NCBI GenBank assembly: GCA_973895155.1
Contig: OZ316895.1
Coordinates: forward strand, 680,435 to 744,434
DNA length: 64,000 bases
Direction: 5' to 3'
From: Marsupella aquatica
Lineage: Eukaryota; Plantae; Marchantiophyta
Positions 1-13,880 of this stretch are shown here, one piece after another. How positions within the stretch are numbered: the first letter of the stretch is position 1; each line of letters starts with the position of its first letter. The notes beneath the pieces were generated by a model, which did not search any database, had not been told where the DNA came from, and was given only the letters and a program-made list of their open reading frames with translations. The translations under genes were made by a program, and so were the position numbers.

Positions 1-2026
1 GAGGGCAATATTTGCTCGAATATTTGACAATGGTTCACAAACAACTCAAAGGCACAGTGGTCTGAGAAAACTTCAGAAATTCAGAACTTTTCTACTACTC
101 AACAAGAAATTGCTGTTTTGGGTTGCCACAAAAGACAGGTCACTTAAAAAATTTGTATGTGCGAGGATGCTTGATGAGGACTTGTAACTATGTGTTTTTC
201 CTATTAACACTGTTTGTCACCAGACTGCTCTAGGATTTTCAACAATGGCAACAGAAAGCTAACTGGGCAAAAATTTCATGCAACGAACCCTTGAAACATG
301 AAAGTTGGATTCACCTAAGTAACCATAGACAAAATCCTTGGCATAACAAATACAATCAAACTGAGGCAGTATTGTAATTATTTACGTCTTACATGTACAT
401 CTTTAGTGGCATTGTAGTTCAAAGCTGATATTCTGATACCAATTCCCCTTATTCAATTGGACCAGATTTGAATACTTGGTATCCAATTGAGCTCCTGCAT
501 TTGGGTCGAGTCATGTGAAAGTCTTTCCTTGTTGCTTGACTCTGCTATTGATTGTCCCTTCCTTCTCCCTGTCCTCCCATGTATCTGAGCCTGGCACTCC
601 TTGTGATCACCCCGTTTTGTACTCCTGTTCTCCCTTGCAGGCCCAACACTCTTCGTGGCTGTTCCTTTCTTCTATGACACTTCTCCTGGTTGCCTCGTTC
701 TTGTCCCAATCCTCCCTTGCTGGCCTGACACACTTAGTTGGAGTCCGTTTCTCCTTGTTTGCACACTGATTGAGGACAACTTTCCTCTTAGAGCTTTTGC
801 TTAGTTGAAATATATGAAATGTGTTCCAATTGAAATCAGACAAAAAAAGAATTAATTAATCATAAGGGGGTTAGTGACCAATCTAACATGGATAGAAATA
901 TGAAGTAAAGACTTTCATAAGATAAATTAAAAATTAAATAATGACAATTGAAAAATGCTCATTCTAGTTGCTAGTCTCCTCTCAGGCAGTACTGTAACGA
1001 CACTGCATTCTTAATGCACATCCAAGTTTCGAATAGGTTCATTATGAAACTTTCTTAAAAAGAATACTATTTCTCCTTATGATTATGCATACTAATGTAT
1101 TGTCTTGTTAAGGGAATACTATGGACAATAATCTTACCAATAAAGTGTGATCAAAACCTATTTTTCAGGGCTACTATCTGGGTTACTATCTGGAGTGAAG
1201 ACTCTGGACAGTGACTCTAATAGCATAATTCAAATTACATCGAGAAAAACAACGAGGATCACTCAAAGTGCATATTAGAGAAACAAACATGAATGGGACA
1301 TAATAAGAATTTTCTGCAAATCTTGCAAAAGCTGCCCGTCTGAGTTTAATAATAACCCCTCAAAACTAAAACCAAGCTCTCCTTGGGCCTTTTAGCAATC
1401 AGGACCCTCACCCTATTCAACGGGAAGCTTTCGAGCACAAATTATTAAATTTATGTGCGCACCGTTGTGCCGCCATGCTACAAAAGTACAAATCGACATC
1501 TGAATTTCCAAGTAGTTATTATTATTACGGCAGTCGAATGATTGCTCCCGAGCGAAGGTATTTGAGTATTTCTGAGGTTTTGAGTATATTTCGGACGTTT
1601 CAGTGCTGAGTAATAATAATGAAGCACAAGAGTCTCTGTCTCTCTGTCTCTCTGAGTATTGTAGAGTCTCACGTCCGCGGCAACGACGTAATCGATGGGC
1701 CCGCCTCAGAGCTCGCCCTAGCACAAAAGCTATGGAAACTCCACAACTGGAGTGAGCGTTTCTTCGACGACAAAACTCTAATCCGAATCCATTGCTGTGG
1801 GTGAAAAGTTGGATGTCGTCCTACCACTCTATGGTGCGAGAGACGAGTGCATCTTCTCTCTGAACCTCACCTCAGATCTCCTGCTGCGTCACCTCAGCTT
1901 CACTACGGTCCTGTTGAACTCTCCTGTTGATGTTGATGCGGTGCGTTTCCTCCTCATCGGTGGGCTTTTGGAGCTCGATGTCGATGGACACATGAAGGGC
2001 GAGCGAGCAGCGGGGAGGAGAAGAGA

Positions 2027-5000
2027 ATGGCGTCGTCGTCGTCGCGTGAGGACCACGAGGATTGTCCTCAAACAACGACCAGCCATCCGTCGTTGCCGCT
2101 TTCCCTGCCGCTGACGCTGCCTCTCCAATTCGGCGCTTCTTTCCCCGGCCTGGTATCGGGCTTCGTCCACTTGTTCGCCCGCAACACCTTGTCCGCTTTG
2201 GCTCAGTGGTACGCAAAGAGTAAGCGCTTCTCCGCACTGCTCTGCACTTCACCGCGCTGCAAAATCCTTTCTCAATTTGGATTTCGCTTCGCTTTAATTG
2301 ATTGCGCTAAGTTTTCTTCTCATTGGTTCTGTTACGGCCTCGGAAAGGACTTTCTATTGTCAGAAGTGGAAATTGTGTGGCGAACTGCCTGCTCTCGATG
2401 TCTTTGTAAGAGGTTACATACGTAGTCAACGTACACAATCATGTTCCCCGCACGCAGTTATACCGTCCTGTATTTCCGCTATCTGGAGCGATTGGTTGTA
2501 TGGTCTCTTGATCATCTTCGTCGAATTGTTCGCTTTTCGGAAGTGTATTGACTCCTGTGATATTCGAACTGGAAGAAACGATACGTGGCCACGATATTGA
2601 GCGTTGGTTGATCCCTCTAATTCTTGCCTTGCGTGGGAGAGGTTTTCTCGATTTAAGTTAGCGGCGATACAGTGAATACTGATCTTCTGAAACTTCTCTT
2701 GCTGCGAAGCCCTTTGATTTTATCGGGGCCAGTGTTCTGTAAGTCATGAACACTTACCGTTGTTGTGTTGATTGGGTTCAGAGGACAGAGGAGCATTATC
2801 ACCGCACCCACAGAGCTACTACAACCGGCAATTTGTCATAACCTATTTGCCAGCGCAAAATCTTTCGTTCTCTTCCACATCGGCACGGCCCTGGTCGCTT
2901 CCCACTACCTCTCTTCTGGCATCTCCTGGGATAAGTACCACTGCCGAAACCGGTGAGAACGATGCATCCGCTCAGCCTGCAATTGACGAGGGAGCTGCTG
3001 CAGCAGCGGCGGCCTCGAGCACCGGACCGGCCTTTATCGGCCAAGTTTTCACCATGTGCGACGCATCTAGGAGGGGACTTATCGCTGTGCGTCCAGTCGA
3101 CTCTCCAAAGGCCAAGAAGCTTCCATATCTCCCGTCCTTTATCACCTCGTAAGATTAAATTCAATTGTCTGGAGCCGACTCTCTTTATCTTACTAGGGCC
3201 TTTCATAGTATCCACTGGATCACGGATTTGTCCCGACGATGTCTCTCAGCCTGTCTTCTTTCCTTAAGAGTCTCATCTGCTCATTTCTTTGTCCTCGCGT
3301 CTTCCTGATGCAATTCGCCTTTTCTGAGAAGAATGCCCCACTAAAGGGCACACCTATTCTGTACCCTTCCTACGTACCTGTAGAGAAGTTTCTGTATGAT
3401 GCGAGAGATACAAATGGTATGAGATTCAACATCAGAGCTGTCTTAGCTCGGTCTTCTCAATTTTGGAAAGCCGTTATACTGAGCACAAAATGACATTACC
3501 GATTGCTTCACGAGCTTTGGCATTATCCAGCATCCTTTCCGTGCGGTCGGTTGCGGAATTCATATGTGAACTTTCATTCATTCCGTTCTCCTGCTCAAGC
3601 AAATTCATTCATGTTATGATTCTTTCCTTTTTGAATGGCCCATCGAGCTGCGCAAAGATTGGAACCTAGAATTTTACGCATTCCTGCGTGAAATGCTTGC
3701 CCGCTATTCGTGTGATCTATTATTTTCGTGAGAGTTCTCCAAAGCCGGGCACAATTTGTGAAACATGAAGTCAACGCTGAATGGCTTGGAACGGTAGATA
3801 TCTCTGTTAAACGAGTTTAGATGGTGAGGCATTTTAGCTAAGAATCGAGTTCAGCAGTGGTTAACACCTGACATGTTGATTTCCAGGAAGCTTGCAGAAT
3901 GGGTGGATAGGGGTTTAAGGAACAAGAAGGACGAGACTGAAGGTCCAGTATTTCGTTTCTACTTCGACAAGAATGATGCTGGTACGGTACACCTTTCTCA
4001 CTGCTGGCTTGCTTCCAGCTTTGTGATGTGCCAGTCTTGTAGATCTAATTAGTTGTCGGGAAGCATTGGTATGATATTGTGAGACCTCCAAGAGAAGTTT
4101 TAAAGAATTGCTGATAGTTCAAGAAGCGTCATCACGTGAAAAAATCACAAGCTGTAGGTCCTAGTTACTTTTCGATGTAGCTCAGTTGAGATTACACATA
4201 CTACAAACTTTTACGAAGCGGGGCCTTTCGGTGGATTGGCTTGTAGATGCTTTGGATGAAGTCATTTTGATTGTCTGTGGGTTCCAGATGGCGTCGCACT
4301 GAATTTAGTCCATATTGTTAAATGATTCTCATCGGACGAATTAATGCTCCGGGAGCTTTTTCATCCAGCTTAGTGTGAATTTTTCATTCTAAGTGCTGCA
4401 CCATTCAAGCTGTATGTGGCCAGACTTAATGACCCTAGTTGGGATATGGTGGATTTGTGTATTTAGCTGCATATGTGAAGCATCTCGGGCTAGCTGGTAG
4501 CATGGTCGGATCCTGTCCCCTTGATGCGGCATACAAGTATTACAAGGTACCTCTGAATCCATATTCGCACTTAACTGAACAGAGAGGGGTCGATTCACAG
4601 TGATGCATGGAAGTCATTGATTACAGGTAGTGTCATTTTCTTGTCACCCACAGAATAGTGGTGTGCAAGGGTATAGAATTATTCTTCAATATTCCAGTTT
4701 GTCACGACTTGGTCATGGTCCTGAGGTCATCCTTTTCTAGGTAGAAAGTACGTAAGGCCATATTGTAGTACAGATATCTAGCAGTTTACATCTGCTCAAA
4801 CCATTAAACTAGCTTGACTGAGAACCCTGTTGGTCACTATGTCTCCTGGCAGGGAAAACCTCCGATGTTCAGATTTATTGCGGATAATCAACAGGTACTC
4901 TCTTGGAAGCACTACACTCCCATTGTGACCGTTGCCATCATTTTCCCCTTGCAAGACTCGATTGCATTGCTTGAAAGCATTGGGTATGTAGATCTGCCTC

Positions 5001-7387
5001 ATCAGTGTGGAAAAGGGAGTTCTGTTCACTGGTAAGCTTACCTTATTCTCGGTCAAATTCTGACTACATTAACGTGATGCCTTTCCTGGGTTGTATTAAA
5101 AAGTTCGTTTTGCTGGATCTCTAGGTCAAGGTTGCGAAAAAACTACTCCGTAAAGATCATGGTAGAACAGTTGCACGGAAGTTCAGAGGAGTCCCTGTAT
5201 TTACCGCTCGAAACCTCACCATCGCTATGTCAACACCAAATGGTGTACGGTGGTACGTGTCTACCCGTGAGAAAAGTCAGTATTACTGTGACTTCAGCAC
5301 ATCTTCTGAATCACGAGAAAATTATCAATACTGCTAGTCAAGCTTGGGCGGTCGGAGTTGTTTTCTGTATTATTGTAGCGATGCTACTGGCTTTAGTCCA
5401 TAGTTTGTAAGACTAAGCGGATTGCGTATTTTTGGATTTTGTCCGCCAGCTGTCATATCAAAGTAATTGGTGAGTTTGCTTCATTTGATTGTTTTCAAAG
5501 TTTGGTACTGCAGGTTTTCCTAGCACGGTGCTTGACTCCTTTTAGACTGGGGGAAATGGTGATGACTTTGTGAGATCCTTGTGCTTCAAACAGGTTCACA
5601 CCATACTTTTTTGACAAGTCACATCTTGATAAACTGATCGGACATTCCGTGGATCATTATTATCATATGCTTATAAATGCAAGACGCATGCAGCGGCACA
5701 GTCAAGGTGTTGATGAATTCCCAGGGGAGCCGCCAGAGGATGACGCAGACGGTCTCATGGATCCACCAGAGGTAGGCTTGCTCAATGATTGTCACCGTAG
5801 ATACATGACTAAGGGCTTACGGTCACACTGCATTCAGATGATGAACTGCTTACTCTGAACTGTAATATATAAAATCAATGTGCTTAAGGCAATTTGGTTA
5901 CCATGGGGTGAGAAGAGTTTTAAGGTCAGCTGTTTTCATACTTTGGTTTGACCACATTTCACCTTCGAGAATTGCGCCAACGATTGTCCACGTTGTGTTC
6001 ATAGAAGGAGATGATGAATTGAACAAACGAATTAATTTTTCAAAGAATGCTCCGGGCCTTATGTTGATTTAAACACGGTTTCAAGACTTGGTGAACTGGG
6101 GAATTTAGGGTTAATCGACTTGAGATCTTTTGCGAATAGGGATGGAGCTCTATGCGTGTTGTACTCACTTTCTTTATTAATTAATCACAGGTACAGGAAT
6201 TTATGGAAGAAATTGGGCAAGGTGGCAACCCCTTCTTTGAGTCAGCGTTATTCAAGACCGCAGAAATTCAGTTTCAAGACATGGTTGATAATGTGATCCT
6301 CGGCAACAAATTAAGTCGGCAAATAGCAGGCCTTCAACCTAGTTTCCCTGTTCTTGTTGATTCTTTTGAAAAGAGGTGAAGAGTCAAACTTCAATTCTTT
6401 CTGGATTATATGTCCCAGCTCTAGAGATCCATGAGTTGGCAAGTAATGCATTTTTTGTCTGCGGTTCTAGCACCTGGACTTAACTGACATTTGAAACATG
6501 ATTACAACTATGCAGGGCTGCAGCTGCAGAAATAGACTTGAGGGCCGGACCCAAGAGTAGTATGGCAACTTCACAATTGAGATCAGACCATGCGGATGGG
6601 GATCGCCCAGCTGATTCTGGACGATCTGAGGACAATGGTGGCACTTCCCAAAGAGATTCAACTGCAATAGTAGCTCAAAAGAATGACCGGGAAGGAAGAG
6701 CACCGTTCCAACTCTTCGGCCGAAATTGGGGTTTCCAGCTACATGGTGGTCGAAAGAGTGGAGCTGCAGCGATTGCTTCTAGTCAAGAACTACAGGATAA
6801 GGAATCAGCAAGTCAGCTAGGGTCGAGGTGAGTTTCAGAAATTCTTTGGAGTGAATTGACTGTAAAGAACGACTTTTACACGTGAGATTTTCACCATCCA
6901 AGATTTACGCTAGAATTTCTTCTTGCAGCGTTGCAAGAAGAAAGGCCCCAACAGAGCTCAACCATTTGGAAGGAATGTTTCGAGTTTAATTTACAGGAAG
7001 AAGCCATCATGTTTATCGTCTGCTTACTGTCCTGACTTTACCGTGCATGGTAAGCATGGATTTTGATAGTTTCACTATTCTTCATGCAGTTACACAGATG
7101 CAGGACAGAAAGAGGCGATGAGGAAGGAGGATCCTCTTCAAAGGATTCAACCGAAGCTGACTATGATGGGTATTGCAATGACTGAGCCGGAGACCAATAT
7201 GAGTGATGCTGTTCTGCAGAGAGCCATGGCTGCAGCAGCCAAAGATATTGAAAACAGAGTGCGAAAGGGAGAGGGTTCTGGCCAAGAGCATGGCCCCCTG
7301 TTCATTGCAGATTTAGGCGGGCCCCCAGAAATATGGGGAAGGGATAACTCGACATTTTCAGGCTGGGATAGTGATGACAACGAATGA
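2027..7387 (+). CDS. Tic22-like family protein (At5g62650-type), multi-exon
   Basis: Phase-compatible exons 2027-2219, 2782-3148 and ~3888-3981, with further exons to the stop at 7387. Peptides GPAFIGQVFTMCD, GPVFRFYFD..DA, VDHYYHMLINARRMQR, MDPPEV, AEIQF..MVDNVILGN, QPSFPVLVDSFEKR, PKLTMMGI and GPLFIADLG are collinear with the plant Tic22-like At5g62650 family as recalled. Not all internal exon boundaries were resolved. Confidence 0.8.
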
Positions 7388-9107
7388 CAAGCTGAAAATG
7401 TGTGAGGCGTTGAAGTTGGGCTTCTTACTTAAGTTCCATTGTAACATTATAATGAATCCTTGTGAGTTTTGATTGTCGTGAAGCCAATCTGTGAAGAAAT
7501 GCAGATGTTTAAGAGCACAGATTGAAATGCAGAGGTATTGTTTATATTCGCTTTTGACTAGTGCTTAATAATAGATATCACTGATTCTTTCGGTTCAAGG
7601 AGCCATCGTCAGCAGCCACAAGCGCATCAGACTATATTTGTTTTGGTTGGGATGTGACGATGATCTCATGGCAGTCAACCCATGTTAAAGAATTTGTCGA
7701 CTAAGAATACTGAGCCCCATTGGTGCAAATTGCTCTTTAATTACCGTACAGTCTGATTTTATTTCACAGGAAAACCTTTCTTGCCAGTGATGGGAGCATT
7801 ACTATTTGGTAGTGATGATGACTGAACCTATCTTCACTAGCTTCAGGAGGTGACAGGGTGGTAGGTGGGGGGAAATCATCTGTAAAGACGCTCTACCTTT
7901 ATTAGTGTGTCTCTGTAGATACTCTTCGTTGTTTCCCTTAGCGCCCCAAAGAAGTATTTTATTGGTTTCGAGGGTCCCGCCCAAAATGTACCAGTAGCTT
8001 ATTCCTTGAAGTTCATTATCTACTACAGTTAGGATTTTGATGCTCTAAGTATTGGCGAAAGCTACAGCTTGCAGCATTCAAACTAAGTGTAGAACGTCTC
8101 TTCAATTGAGTTAACTCCAGTGGAAATGGTCTCTGTCTTGGTTCATGAAATTGTATACGGGCTCATCTGTTTACTTTCCAGGTTTGTTTGATATCTACTG
8201 GTATTGGCATTAGTTGGCCTACTTGTTGTAACGGAGAAGAGGACTTGGTTTGCAGAAGATCAGAAGAACCAGCTCTATCAAATCGTGAACATAAGCTTCG
8301 TCTTCTGCTTTGTTTTAAGCAAGATTTTTCTTATGTTTTGCGGTGTTGGTCAGTCGAGATTGTACCACTTTTGAGAATTATCGAACAGGAGCTAGAATGT
8401 AGGAGCAAGTTACAGCGAGGAACGTGGCAAATATTGTGTTAAGTGTGCAGCTTTTTTCCTTCGCTTCTGGCCTCTTGCTTGTTGAATGGTGTGGGAGATC
8501 ATATGTGAGTGAACCGAAGGACAGAAGAGGGCTCTGAACACCAAGTCATTTTCAGCCTTGTTGCTAGTGCGGGGGCAGCCAGAATAGGACTTAAACTCAG
8601 GGATCAGGTGAAGGTGACAACGACTCGGTAGCCACTGTGTGCCACACGACACTGAAATAAGCGAATCGAAATGATGTGGAGAACAGGGCTTGCTTTTAAG
8701 AAAAGTCCAATTTCTGTCCGATGTACACACAGATGAACCGATGAGCTAACGTCCCAGACCCAGCGGTGGTGGTCCTCTGGTAGTTGATGCGGAACAGCTG
8801 CGTTAACTACCTCATGGCTAAGGACAACTCTTACTGCTGTGAAAAAAATCGCGCCTTTCCTGACGCCTGCACCAATATGTGCCTTTCCGGAACAGTAGCC
8901 ACTGACATATGTGGTAACTTGCGTGTCCCAGCGAACAAGCCGAAAACTACTAGGCTAATATCTTCGAGGACTGTGAATCTTGCCGGTAATTAAACTTAGG
9001 CTCGAACGGGTGCAAAGCCAGTCGAGGTACCTTATAGGGAGTTTGTTTGGATCGACAGGGTTGTAACTTTTATATGAAGTTTATCAACTTTGTGCACTTC
9101 TGTGATG

Positions 9108-12100
9108 TTACATGAATAGTTTGTGTGGAATTGCTTTTGGTTTGCCGGACATTTGGACTCTGCAAATCGGGCATAACTTGCTCTGGTTAAATACTTTGAC
9201 TGCACAAAGGAGACAAGTTTTGGCGTGGCCGCAAGGTTCAATGAGAGCTCGTGTCCTGTTTTCGTCAAATTCTTCGAAACAGATCGAACACTCAGCTCTT
9301 GCCAGCTGCATTTCCAGTGAACAACAGATCAGAACAGAATCATGCTGTGCAAGCTTACGTCAAGGAACATTCAGATCGTATCGGAACGATCAATCAGATG
9401 TTATCAACTGGGCCATGTGTTCTGTTCAAGTATTAACAAAATGGTTTTAAAGTGAGCGAAATTTTAGGATCTCGAAAGAGATCCATGTACGCTCAAATGC
9501 TTCTTTACTTTCTGCGAACTCTTTCTGCAGATGTTGTTTTGTTGAGCTTTCACAACCAATATGAATGTCACTGCTTATAGTTTAGAATTCCAAGAAATAC
9601 AAGTACCTGGCGATTGTCACTTGGACCGTCAGTGGCTACTTCCTTTGTGTTTTCGGCTGATTTAAACCTTGCCTTCTCTTGCTTTGCTTTTTCAGCTTTC
9701 TCTTTCAAAATAGCTTGTTTTGCCACCCACTCATCCAGAAACTCTTGTCTGATGGTGTTGTAGTCTTGAAGAAACTGCGCGACGAAAAGGGAAAGTGCCC
9801 TGTTCAGAATGTAAGATCCAATAAATTTGGTCTTGTAGCAACCAGGGCCTCTCTTGAAAATTGCTTAAAAGTAAGAATAAACAAATTACTATTCTCGACT
9901 CCCAAGGTGGGCGATTTGCATGAGCTTTCAATCAAATCACGTATAATCTCTGATTGTCAGGATGAGATGTTGTCCCCTCAGCAATAACTCTCCGTTGATT
10001 TCATGTTGAACGTTGGAAGATATCATGACATCGAATTTGTAATTCCTAAGAATAAGTGTGGTTGTCTGTTATTTTTGGTACTTATTTACTCCTGCCTTCC
10101 AATATTTATGTTACAGTAAAAAGCTTTCTTTAAATTCACGTAACCAGAGACGACCAAGTCAGTTGACACGCTCGTTGACACAATCCTTAATCTCCAGTGG
10201 AACACGAAAGTACATCTATACGTCTTCAGTTCTCATTTGGGTCATTGAATCAAACAGAAACCAGAGAGTGAAGCACTTGAAAATCAAATGACCGTCATTT
10301 TCTCGGACTCTTGTTTCTCGAGAAGATTGCGCTCCAGAATGCGGCCTTCCTCATTGAATTTCTCTTCCCTCCGTTTTACCTCGTTCCATACTTCCTCTCT
10401 CTTCCGTGAGATATCACGTTCGGTCTCCAGTGCCTTTTGAGCACTGCACAAAGCAGACATAAGATTTTAATCCGAACTTAATGAAACCGATATTGTAGTA
10501 ACAGACTGGTTTAAACACAAACGAATGGAATAAGAGACAGTTTTTCATACAAAAGAATAGAAACAATAGCAGCTTAACACATTCACGGCAGGTTCAGATG
10601 ATGGGCTTGCAACTAACGTGTGGTTCCGAAGCTCTTGATTGACGTGTTCGAGATGTTTCAACAGGAAGTTCACTTCTTTGTTCCTTTCTACCCTTTCGTT
10701 CTCCAATTGCCTCTCATTTCCTTCCAGAAGTTGTCGAATCCTCGCCTCTCTGTTTATCCGCTCGAACTCCAGCCTTCTAACTTCTTCCTTAAATTCCTTG
10801 TCCATCAATTGCAGCTGGAAGATAGCGAGAACCGTTAGAAAGCTCAACGTACCAATGGGATGCGCAAATGGTGAACTGATCGAGTAAGCGTTTGAGCGGG
10901 CGTTTGAGATGCCATTATGACCGCTATAAGGAGAGCACACCAAACCCAACCGAGCCAAATCAAGAATGATCATCAAATTAACGTCCAAAGTTCCCGAACC
11001 TGTTGATGCCATGGTCCTTTAATTTGCCCTGCAGTGTATCAGAGGATTGACAGCGGTCGCACTACATAATAATTTGCCATACATCATGGAGCGAGACGTT
11101 CGCTGGCTCGCACGCACTCTACATAGCTCAGAGTAGGAGTTCGATTGACGTACCCATAGCCAGCTAGACGAGGTGAACACCGGCAGGAATCCAACCAGGA
11201 ACGAGTTCGAATTACTGATTTAATGTCATTCCGATACTAATTGTGAGCAAAAGAAATTGAACGAGGAGTGACAATATTCGGTCCTACTCTAACATTCTGC
11301 CCCGATCGTTACCTACTCACCTCTTTATCACCACTCCTAGTGGCAGTGATTTCTTGTCTCGGCTATTAGAGAACTCTTTCGGCCAGGAGCATGCGCAGCA
11401 AGTGACGACTTTCGACTGACTGGCCTTCCCAGCTGTCGTCCCAAGTGTCTCTTTCATTAAGCTCAGACACTCCTCTTTCACGCACCATATCTAAGATGGT
11501 ATGTACGTACATACCTGTTGAGCATGGTGCTTTGCAATCTGGCCTTCTCGGTCTTTCTGCAACTTTACCGCCATCTCAGCATCTTTGAGCTGCTGAGAGA
11601 GAATTGCCTTCCTAAACTTGAATTGCTGGTGGCTCTCTTCAATATGATCAACCTCTACTATTTTGGCTTTCACCTTAGCCTTTTCCAATTCAAGCTCCTA
11701 CATTCAAGATCATTGGTCCATCTTCACAAGTTATGCCATACTAGACTCATAATTGAGAACGAAACCCATACTGCACTCCAGAGAAACCAAAGCATCGTTT
11801 TCTTAATAGCAGTAAAAGTCACTATTCGTGGGTACTAAGAAGTCAACTATAATTTCTTTTGTTGTAGCTAATGTCAAGAGATCCCCCCATTCTTGCTCTC
11901 AAATTCGAATTCTGTCACGGGTTATGCTTTCATATAATTCACGAGGAGCGTCTAATGGTCCCAATTGCTTAGTAGCTGTACATGCTGAACTACAGAAAGT
12001 CTACAGTGGAGACAGACTCACTGTTTTCTTGCGACACAAGAATCTATGATTCACCTCTTTTCTAGACAATTTGAGCAAAGCCACTGTATATGAAGGACAA

Positions 12101-13786
12101 GTCATGTCAATTTGTTCTGCCTTTTTGTTGTGCGGAGAAATTGACTTACAAGCTAGCTTGCTAGGTTAAATCAAAGTTAAACGAGTCCGGAGAACCGCGA
12201 GGGAAGTTCTATCTTACCTGTTTGGATTTCCGGAGGACACATTTGAGGGTCTCTCGCTTATTTTCTATGGACCATTTGACAAGCTTTCTTTGCGGATCCA
12301 TGAGCTGCATGTCAGCAGCTTGAGCCAAAAATACTCTTAGACAGTGTTGTTGCTGCTTGAACTGCTGTGCCATAGTCAGCTGCTGGTCTTGTTGGTGGTC
12401 AGTGACATGGGTAGCATTCACGTGGCCGTGAGGAGGAGGAGAAGAAAGCGGAAATAACCGACCATGAGGAAATTCAGAGAGACGAACATAGTTAGAAGCT
12501 GGAGCCGCGGGCTCAGCGAAGTTGTCGACCAGCGCTTTTGAATTTAGTAGTCCTACTTCAGTGGCAGGAAACACTATCATGATGCGTCCCACCCCAGGGC
12601 AACCCTTCTTACTGAATTGGAAGCTCCTCTGTATGTCTGAAGGCTTGAGTTTGAGTAAACTAATGTCCAGGTATCCCTCCTCTTTTATGTTGTCGATCAT
12701 TACAACTGGAGGCCACACAATGACCTCTTCGGTTGCCTGGCTGTTCTCAATGAGCACAGCTTTACCTTCTTCTGCAGGTCCAACTTCCTTCTGCTTCAGT
12801 ATCTTTGAGAGAACTCTGAAGTATGCTCTGTGTTGTACCACCTTTCTCTTCTGGAAACTCTCTGCGTGCTGAAGAAGTCCCTTCCAGCCCTTTAGGCGCG
12901 TGGGGACGTTGCAAACCATGCAAGCCTTCTCTTCCCTATCGTGTGGCCACTTCTCGTTTATACCGATGTCTGATACAAGTTGCTTCACCTTAGGAAGCAA
13001 CTCTGTGTACGCTCTTTCTGCTCTCTTGGCCTTGCCCTCTGCAAGTTCTTCGCCCCAGTCCGAGTCGGACTGTTCGTCGTCAGATTCAGCGTCATCAAGC
13101 GGAGAGTCTGAGAAATCGCCATCTGGGTCGCCATCTTCTCGTTTACGACGAGGATTTGAAGGCTGCTGATGGCGTAGAGATCTGGAATGCTTGAAAGGAT
13201 CTTCATTCGCATCAGGCTTGAAGACGTAGTTCTGTGCCTCCCAAAATGACCATGTTGGAGCAGGATTCTCGCAAGTACTGTTACTGTTGGCATGAACTGG
13301 CCGAATATCCGTCTCTCCCTCGGTCTCTCCCAGTTCTGCTCGTTTTTGTCGCTTGGATGCTGGACCACAATGCTGCGCTGGAGAAACATGTAAACTGTAA
13401 TCGCTTTGAACCTTGGGAGACGCCGAGTGCTGAATTCTATGAACTATGCTTGTGAAGTGATGATCTGGAGGGTGGAAAGTGCGACTTGGAAGTGGATGAT
13501 GACGATTTCTATGAACTTCTGGAGGCAAATAGTGTGTAAAATGTACAGCCTGTTGCCCATGCCAAGCCTGTGGGATAGCAAACCGTCGAGGCGGAGTCCA
13601 CTTACGATCCTGCTGCGAACCCGGGAAATATCGATAATTTCTTTGCTGATTCAGGAAAGCCGGAGGGCCCGTGACAAACTGCTGAGGAGGACATCTCGGA
13701 AAGAAAGGAGCTGGTGCATATTGCGACGGTGGAAAGCAATTATACTCTGATGATGGAATTCCAGGCCAAAGATTTCTACGATCCAT
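9108..13786 (-). CDS. SGS3-like protein (zf-XS + XS + coiled coil) with C-terminal C3HC4 RING finger, 6 exons, ~821 aa
   Basis: Exons 13786-12218, 11697-11515, 10814-10618, 10443-10293, 9774-9607 and 9305-9108; all introns are GT-AG with matching phases (0,0,2,0,0). zf-XS: ACMVC...KGWKGLLQHA...HRAYFRVL. XS start: EVIVWPPVVMIDN. E/K/R-rich coiled-coil exons follow. RING: CSIC..PCGH..CLLC..CPIC. Confidence 0.8.
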
Positions 13787-13880
13787 TCAAACCCCTAATC
13801 ATTCTGCAAGATGAAACAATCGATAGTTAAGTTCTTCAAATCCCTCATCATTCTGCAAGATGATACAATCGATCGTTAAG
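13786..13880. repeat. 49-bp-period tandem duplication of a 3' splice site in the 5' leader of the SGS3-like gene
   Basis: ttcaaacccctaatcattctgcaagatgaaacaatcgatagttaag and ttcaaatccctcatcattctgcaagatgatacaatcgatcgttaag. On the - strand each copy reads CTTAAC...catcttgCAG. Confidence 0.75.

Noticed and set aside
430-850. Exon-like charged reading on the - strand
   Set aside because: Interrupted by stops with no recognisable domain; probably a TE remnant.
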